Assembly (NCBI GenBank): GCA_012295275.1 | Contig: CM022670.1 | Location: forward strand, 13,082,001-13,146,000 | From: Chrysomallon squamiferum | Taxonomy: Eukaryota > Animalia > Mollusca | Reading direction: 5' to 3' | Length of the DNA stretch: 64,000 bases | The notes under the pieces: model-generated | Seen by the model: the letters and a program-made list of their open reading frames with translations, nothing else | Databases searched by the model: none | What the model was told of the DNA's origin: nothing | Translations under genes and position numbers: made by a program | Part shown: positions 56,430 through 64,000 of the stretch, piece by piece | How the letters are laid out: every line of letters starts with the position of its first letter | Numbering within the stretch: the stretch's first letter is position 1

Positions 56430-57814
56430 GTTGTCAGGTTTAGAACGTCAGTCAGTTGTAAATATTAGAAATGCTGGAAAGTTTCTGTGCTGCTATGAAG
56501 TTTTTTCTTTCTCTTTTATATACGTTTATTTGCAAGATTTCTATCAAACCTTTCACAGCTCAAACTGTTTTATTTTAACTCATACTGATAATTGTCCATT
56601 TTATTTTCATGATTTCTTAATTATTCTGAAGATCTGAGCTGATATGTATTAAATTAATAACACCATCGTTGTCAACTGCTGTGTATTAATGAAAGCAAGA
56701 CACACAATTGTCAGTTACCACAGAGTTAGAACAATATATCATTATAAAATACTCATTGGCTGTACTAGAAAAGCATTAACCCGTTAATATAAAAATTATT
56801 TTTAGTTTAATTATTTTTATTTGTTTTAATTTACTCGATTCAGAAAAACCTTTTTTGTTGTGTGACCTCTGAACATTGGTGACACGGCAATAATATACAC
56901 TAGGAAATAAAATCACTGATACAGACTAATAATTTATTTAAATAGCAAATAATATTTGTCTGTGTGTGTATGTCCGTATTAGTGTTTTCAACATACGTAT
57001 ATGCTGCACAATATTATAAACAAAAGTTTGTAAAAGAGTAGAAAATACACTTAAAATGTATTTAAAATTATTGTTTACAACACTGAGATTAAAATAATAT
57101 TTTAATATAAATATTATAACATACTCCAACTGTTTATTTCAATGTGTTTTTCTTCCCAAAGATAACATAAAATATTAATTCATTTCATTCAACGCCCTTA
57201 TTAAAAGAATATAAATGTATAGATAAAATGGAAATAAAAAGATTAAAGACAAATGATATGCAGATTTTATCACTAGCAGTTAATTTTGACTGACTCTACA
57301 GTTATAAATACAAGTAAATAAATAGAAAAACTAATGAAAATGACCTGCTGAATTTACTATCTTTCTATATTTCAAATTATATTTTTTGTTTTGGTTATAA
57401 TTTCGGAGCATAAATCTTCAAATAATATGTGTGGATATTTAATAATTTTATGGAAATGTTTATGACTTTTTTCACCATTTTGTTAAATATTTTATTTACA
57501 GTATTTTCGCCTCTTACAGAGTTCATCTTTTAGAAAAGAAAACAAAAATGCATATGTTAGTATCTTCGCATGGATACATAAATACAGATACAGTTTCTGT
57601 TTTATATAAAGAGTCTAACCTGATATTCCTCTAATAACATGTGTAGAAATGTTGTTTTTTGTTTGTTTGTTTGTTTGTTTGTTTTTTTTTTTTTTTTTTT
57701 TTTTTGTTGTTGTTGTTTTTTTTTTTTTGTTGTATTTGACGATGTTTTCCTGAATGATTTGGTGAGCATATTATTTACAAGGATATAATATGTGGATGTG
57801 GATGTGGATAAATA

Positions 57815-57945
57815 AAATAAAATATTTAGTGTTCTCTCTCAGGGAGGGCAATACGTCACAAGGATGATTATGCAACATGATTAAATTACCACAGTAAAGT
57901 CTTTGAGAAAAAAATAACTTTCCCATCTAGAAGACTGAAGCTATT
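57815..57945 (+). pseudogene. Second decayed DDX11 exon 27 / 3' UTR fragment
   Basis: 57848-57876 is a 29/29 match to DDX11 45701-45729 (GCAATACGTCACAAGGATGATTATGCAAC), preceded by the homologous acceptor. Confidence 0.85.
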
Positions 57946-57949
57946 TGAA

Positions 57950-58940
57950 AAGTATATTGTAATATATAACTGATTAAGGTTGCCCTTTGAAATCTTGTTT
58001 GTGAGAATATTCTATTTATGCGTACTTTTCTTTGGTGTGACACAACATCTCGGATTATTATTATGGTTATTATTATTTTTTATTTTTTTTTTGTAGTTGA
58101 TTTTTTTTTTTTTTTTTTTTTTTGTGTGTGTTTTTCCTTTGGGCAAAGGAATTACTTTAAAATATTTGAGATCAAGTGAATTCTACCGTGAGCTTCAGTT
58201 TTCCACAGCAGCCGATAAAGTGTCCAGGAAATAGTCACAGCTGGAGACAATGCACTGCTTTATATGTTCAGTGGTAAACCAAGAGAACAACTTATTGAAC
58301 AACTAAGGTTGAAAAAGATTTGTCAGAACATCTTTTGTTCAGCCTCAGTCATGTTCTCCTACAACTGTAGTATTATATTTTCATAGTCTTTAGATATTTT
58401 ACGGATCCAAGAAGCGAAAAGAGAGATATTTACTAGCGACAAATAGGGTTTGGCAAATTGTCAATTCAAGCTTGTACCCAGTAATGATTGAATAAGATGT
58501 AACCTCAGAAGAATTTTTGGAAATCATTAGAGGCAACTGAAAATAAGATTACACGTCAGTGAGATGTACGTGCCTAACATTTTTGTACTGCATGTGGAAA
58601 ATGTTATGATATATGTGCAAACACGTCCTTAGTTGATGAAGCATCAGATGGCGTGTTTGTTGATAATATGCAAGTCTATGCAGATGACTGAGATAACTTC
58701 CTATGTATAGAAAATAAACTATTGGAAAATGGTAAATTAGTTATTCACTGAACTAAAATGTGGACATTAACAACGACCACGTGTCTAATTAGGTGTTTAC
58801 TTAGTTACGGCGGCGTCTTTAAATTTATGCAAATTCCCCAAACTGGATATCGGCCCATTTTGGATATATCATTATATTCATCTTACAAAGTCGAATATAA
58901 CAAAAAAAAATAAAATCTATTGCAATTTGCGGTGGGTCAT
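57950..58940 (+). mobile_element. Second copy of the decayed GCDTTS transposon-like fragment
   Basis: Colinear with 54130-55030, with a poly-T/ATT expansion inside; boundaries approximate. Confidence 0.6.
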
Positions 58941-59870
58941 GGATTATGTTTACTATATGAACAATATAAACTTTAATCCATGGAATGTGAACCTTCAAAA
59001 TCAGCTTTAAGAATTTGAATTGGAAAGAAAAGCATAAAGCCTGTGTTTTTTAGAAGTGACTGTGTTATGGGATTTTGTTTAGATGGGTTTTTGGGGGGAG
59101 TTTGTAAAGAAAATATTTATGTACCTTTTTTGTACAGTTCGCTTCTTTGTTTTTAATACGCAGTAAATTATTTAGTTATATATCCATTCATATAAAAATC
59201 ATATTACATCCCTGGAGAGCTGTTTATACAGTACATTTTCTAATTACTGGAGTATATAACTTGATAATGAAAGGACTTCATTATAGAACATAAGTATATA
59301 TCAGTATCACTCTTTTTCTCCAAAACTGAATTACCATAGCACACTCCACATTTTAAACTTTTTCCGGAACTTAAAGTATACTTTAATATTTATTACTTGT
59401 TGTTGCTGTTGCTGTTGTTGTTGTTGTTGTTGTTGTTGTTGATTATTATTATTAATATGTAATATTTGTTTCAAAATAGAGATTCGGGTAAAAGACTTAA
59501 ATAACTCGTTGAAACTAATCATATTTACAGTCTAGCATGGAAAATGTCCTCCAGTGATCCTCACGAGTTTTTGATTTTATAAATATCTAAAAAAAAAAAA
59601 ATGTTGCTTAAAAATTAATCTTATCAGCGGGAAATTTGCGCTCCTATATTCGTTGCGTACACTGATTACAGCATTAGACTTGTGTGATATGGAATATAAT
59701 AAAATAATAAAATTCGTTTAGAACAAAATGAAACACGAATATTTTTCAGGAAGACGAAGACAATTTATTTAAATGCAGTCATATCAACAAATATATTTTT
59801 ACACATTAGAAATACTTCAGCTGCAAATTTCTAAAGACAGAAATGTCTTAACACTGCGTCCTCAAGATTT

Positions 59871-60146
59871 CTAATCGTCACATATGTTAGGGCAGTGCAT
59901 ACAACACACTGGCAGATTGGCGAAGCGGAGACACATCTGAAATTCACGACGGAGACACCGACCATAACCTCTGCCACCGCTGAAACTACCACCACTGAAA
60001 CTGCCACCGCTAAAACTGCCACCGCTAAAACTGCCACCACTGAAACTTCTTCCACCAAGACTGCCAAAACTTCCTCCGCTAAAACTACCTCCACTAGAAC
60101 GCAAATCCTTTTCAGCTTCACCTGTTAATTAAATTATTATTATTAT

Positions 60147-60181
<35 letters not shown>

Positions 60182-60323
60182 TTTCGAAGAACAACTATTT
60201 TAAATGTAATACATATTACTTTTCAAAATAAATAAATAAATAAATAAATCAGTTACCAAATACGGTTGTCGGTCCAACAGTAAGGAGCAGGGCGACCGCT
60301 AGAAATAGAATCATCTTGTTCAT
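59871..60323 (-). CDS. Secreted Gly/Ser/Phe-repeat + six-Cys peptide, copy E, 105 aa
   Basis: Exon 1 60323-60257, exon 2 60121-59871, GT-AG phase 1. Ends GGRGYGRCLRREFQMCLRFANLPVCCMHCPNICDD. Has synonymous changes in a Leu codon and a Cys codon. Confidence 0.9.
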
Positions 60324-61154
60324 GTTGTCAGGTTTAGAACGTCAGTCAGTTGTAAATAGTAGAAATGCTGGAAAGTTTCTGTGCTGCTATGAAGTTTTTT
60401 CTTTCTCTTTTATATACGATTATTTGCAAGATTTCTATCAAACCTTTCACAGCTCAAACTGTTTTATTTTAACTCATACTGATAACTGCCCATTTTATTT
60501 TCAAGATTTCTTAATTATTCTGAAGATCTGAGCTGATATGTATTAAATTAATAACACTATCGCTGTCAACTGCTGTGTATTAATGAAAGCAAGACACACA
60601 ATTGTCAGTTACCACAGAGTTAGAACAATATATCATTATAAAACACTCATTGGCTGTACTAGAAAAATATTAGCCCGTTAATATAAAAAATATATTTAGT
60701 TTAATTATTTTTATGTTTTAATTTGCTCGATTCAGAAAAATCTGTTTTCTTGTGTGACCACTGAATATTGGTGAGAGAGCAATAATATACACTAGGAAAT
60801 AAAAACCACTGATACAGGCTAATAATATATTTAAATAGCAAATAATATTTGTCTATGTGTGTATGTCCGTATTGGTGTTTTCAACATACGTATATGCTGC
60901 ACATTTTATAAATAAAATTTGTAAAACAGTAGAAAAAAATACACTTAAAATGTATTTAAAATTATTATTTACAATACTTAATCGTGTTACATATTTTTCA
61001 AAACACAATATAGTGTGTGTGAGAGAGAGATGATGTAAATATTTTGGAAAGAATGCACAAATATTGGCGAGGATTGAAAAAAGAAAAATCCTCTATATGA
61101 TCAAATATTTAAAGAATTTTAAAATGTTTATAAGTGTAGAAAATGTCGATTGAA

Positions 61155-61690
61155 ACAGAAAGTGACTGAAAATATATTAAATAAATTTTGATGTACTTAA
61201 ATATATGTGTCTGTGATTTATTCTAAATTTGAACTGGTGTCTTGATAATTGTATTTTATGATTATTATTTTAATTATGATCATTTTAATCAACTCTCTCT
61301 GTCTCTCTCTCTCTCTGTCAAATAAAATGTATGTGATTATTACTATTATTATTATTATTATTATAGTAACATATTGTTTTTTGATGTTTTTTTTTAAATA
61401 GCTAAATATTTAGTTATTCTCTCTGAGGGAGGGCAAGAATGATCATGCAAACATCTTGTTTCTAGGTTGTTGATACAGCCGTACCAGTGTCGTTACTAAA
61501 TTACAAAAGTAAATTCTTCCAGTGAAAATAAATTTCCTATCTAAAAAACTGAACCTATTTCAGAACTGTTTGCCTCGTGACATTATAATTGCTTCTTTTT
61601 TTTCTTCAAAGTATTGTGTTTGTTTTAGAGTTGTATATTGAGTCCTACTTCTGTTGATAAAAATGGATATAAATATTTAAAGCAATCGAC
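61155..61690 (+). pseudogene. Third decayed DDX11 3'-end duplicate
   Basis: Colinear with 53255-53830; includes GATACAGCCGTACCAGTGT, identical to DDX11 exon 27. Boundaries approximate. Confidence 0.8.
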
Positions 61691-61959
61691 ATTTCACATT
61701 TGTTTTATTTTATTTTATTATTTCAGACAAGTTCATTACAATACAGACAAATGATCTTCCACCTGGTCGGCAAAGCACATTCAAATCTTGTAGCAGTACA
61801 GAAGGCAATAAACGTTATAAATGTTTATAGGTTCATTATTTAACTCATTCTCATAGTACAGAATTTTCTAGGAGGTACTGGTCTTCAGGAATCAATTCAC
61901 TTGATATATGCTTGTAGAAACGTTTTGTACGATACTTTCTTTAATCGAGAAGGAAAACA

Positions 61960-62540
61960 GTTGTAAGAAAATACCGAAATGTTGTAATATAAAACTTATT
62001 AAAGCTGCCCTTTGAAATCTTGTTTGTGAGAACATTCTATGTATGCATTCTTTTCTAGGGTGTGACACAACATCTCGTGATTTTGGTTTGGGCAAGGGAA
62101 TTACTTTAAAATATTTGAGAACAAACGAATTCTACCGTGAGCTTCAGTTTTCCACAGCAGCCAATCAAGTGTCAGGAAATAGTCAGAGCTGGAGACAATG
62201 CACTGCTTTATTTGTTCAGTGGTAAACCAGGAGAACAACTGATCACTTTGAGGTTGAAACAGATTTGTCAGAACATCTTTTGTTCGGCCTCAGTCATGTT
62301 CTCCCACAACTGTAGCATTATACTATCACAGTCTCGGGGTATATTACAGGCCCAAGCACTGAAAAAGTAATATTTGCTAGCGACAGAGTGAGGTTGGCAA
62401 ATTGTCAGTTCAAACTTTAAATTTATGCGAATTTCCCAAATTGGATATCGGCGCATTTTGGATATATCATTATATTCATCTTACAAAGTAGAATATAACA
62501 GAAAAAATAAAAATCTATTGCAATTTGCGGTGGGTCATGC
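61960..62540 (+). mobile_element. Third copy of the GCDTTS transposon-like fragment, with an internal deletion
   Basis: MHSFLGCDTTSRDFGLGK at 62043. About 350 bp present in the other copies (~54560-54910) is missing at ~62415. Confidence 0.6.
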
Positions 62541-63473
62541 ATTATGTTTACTATATGAGCAATATAAACTTTAATCCATGGAATGTGAACCTTCAAAATC
62601 AGCTTTAAGAATTTGAATTGGAAAGAAAAGCATAAAGCCTGTGTTTTTTAGAAGTGACTGTGTTATGGGATTTTGTGTAGCTGGGTTTTTGGGGGCAGTT
62701 TGTAAAGAAAATATTTGTGTACCTTTTTTGTACAGTTCGCTTGTTTGTCATTAATATACAGTGAATTATTTTGTTATATGTCCATTCATATAAAAATCAT
62801 ATGTACATCTCTGGAGAGCTGTTTCTACAGTACACTTTCTAATTACTGGTGTATATAACTCGGTAATGAAATGACTTCATTAAACAACAGAAGTATATAT
62901 CAGTATTGCTCTTTTTCTCCAACACTGAATTACCATAGCACACTCGACATTTTAAACTTTATCCAGAATTTAAAGTATACCTTTAATATTTATTACGTGT
63001 TGTTGCTGTTCCTGTTGCTGTTGCTGTTGTTGTTGTTGTTGTTATTATTATTATTATTAATATGTAATATTTGTTTCAAAATAGAGATTCGGGTAAAACA
63101 CTTAAATAACTCGTTGAAACTAATCATATATACAGTCTAGCATGGAAAATGTCCTCCAGTGATCCTCACGAGTTTTTGATTTTATAAATATCTAAAAAAA
63201 TAAATTATGCTTAAAAATTAATCTTATCAGCGGGAAATGTGCGCTCCTATATTCGTTGCGTACACTGATTACAGCATTAGACTTGTGTGATATGGAATAT
63301 AATAAAATAATAAAATTCGTTTAGAACAAAATGAAACACGAATATTATTCAGGAAGACGAAGACAATTTATTTAAATGCAGTGATATCAGCAAATACATT
63401 TTTACACATTAGAAATACTTCAACTGCAAATTTCTAAGAATAGAAATTTCTTAACACTGCGTCCTCAAGATTT

Positions 63474-63714
63474 CTAATCGTCACACATGTTAGGGCAGTG
63501 CATGCAACACACTGGCAGATTGGCGAAGCGGAGACACATCTGAAATTCACGACGGAGACACCGACGGTAACCACCGCTGAAACTACCACCACTGAAACTG
63601 CCACCGCTAAAACTGCCACCGCTGAAACTTCTTCCACCAAGACTGCCAAAACTTCCTCCGCTAAAACTACCTCCACTAGAACGCAAATTCTTTTCAGCTT
63701 CACCTGTTAATTAA

Positions 63715-63784
<70 letters not shown>

Positions 63785-63926
63785 TTTCGAAGAACAACTA
63801 TTTTAAATGTAATACATATTACTTTTCAAAATAAATAAATAAATAAATAAATCAGTTACCAAATACGGTTGTCGGTCCAACAGTAAGGAGCAGGGCGACC
63901 GCTAAAAATAGAATCATCTTGTTCAT
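63474..63926 (-). CDS. Secreted Gly/Ser/Phe-repeat + six-Cys peptide, copy F, 98 aa
   Basis: Exon 1 63926-63860, exon 2 63703-63474, GT-AG phase 1. Propiece EAEKNLR; ends GGYRRCLRREFQMCLRFANLPVCCMHCPNMCDD. The promoter runs off the window end. Confidence 0.9.
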
Positions 63927-64000
63927 GTTGTCAGGTTTAGAACGTAAGTCAGCTGTAACTATTGGAAATGCTGGAAAGTTTCTGTGCTGCTATGAAGTTT

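Overview
AT-rich, microsatellite-dense animal genomic DNA; an invertebrate, possibly a mollusc or other lophotrochozoan, is my inference from composition and gene style. It has three parts. (1) 1-22 kb is mostly non-coding, with CpG-rich regulatory-looking islands and a single-exon ANKRD63/ANKRD34-like ankyrin-repeat gene (13324-14478, +). (2) 22.3-46.1 kb holds a complete 28-coding-exon DDX11/ChlR1 Fe-S helicase gene (+, 967 aa by my exon assembly), with one 11 kb intron that contains a Tigger-like MITE. (3) From 47.5 kb to the window end is a tandem array on the minus strand of a small two-exon secreted peptide gene that the ORF track misses because it is spliced. Its layout is signal peptide, short acidic propiece, (GGSFS)n Gly/Ser/Phe repeats, then a six-cysteine C-C-CC-C-C domain. 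Four copies are intact (98-105 aa), two older copies are disabled, and there is one orphan first exon. Each of the three ~3.6-4 kb spacers between the intact copies carries a decayed copy of the DDX11 3' end and a transposon-like fragment, and the units alternate in a two-gene higher-order pattern. I cannot assign this peptide family to a known one; it is the main candidate for a novel system. All coordinates and translations were worked out by hand and no database search was run.
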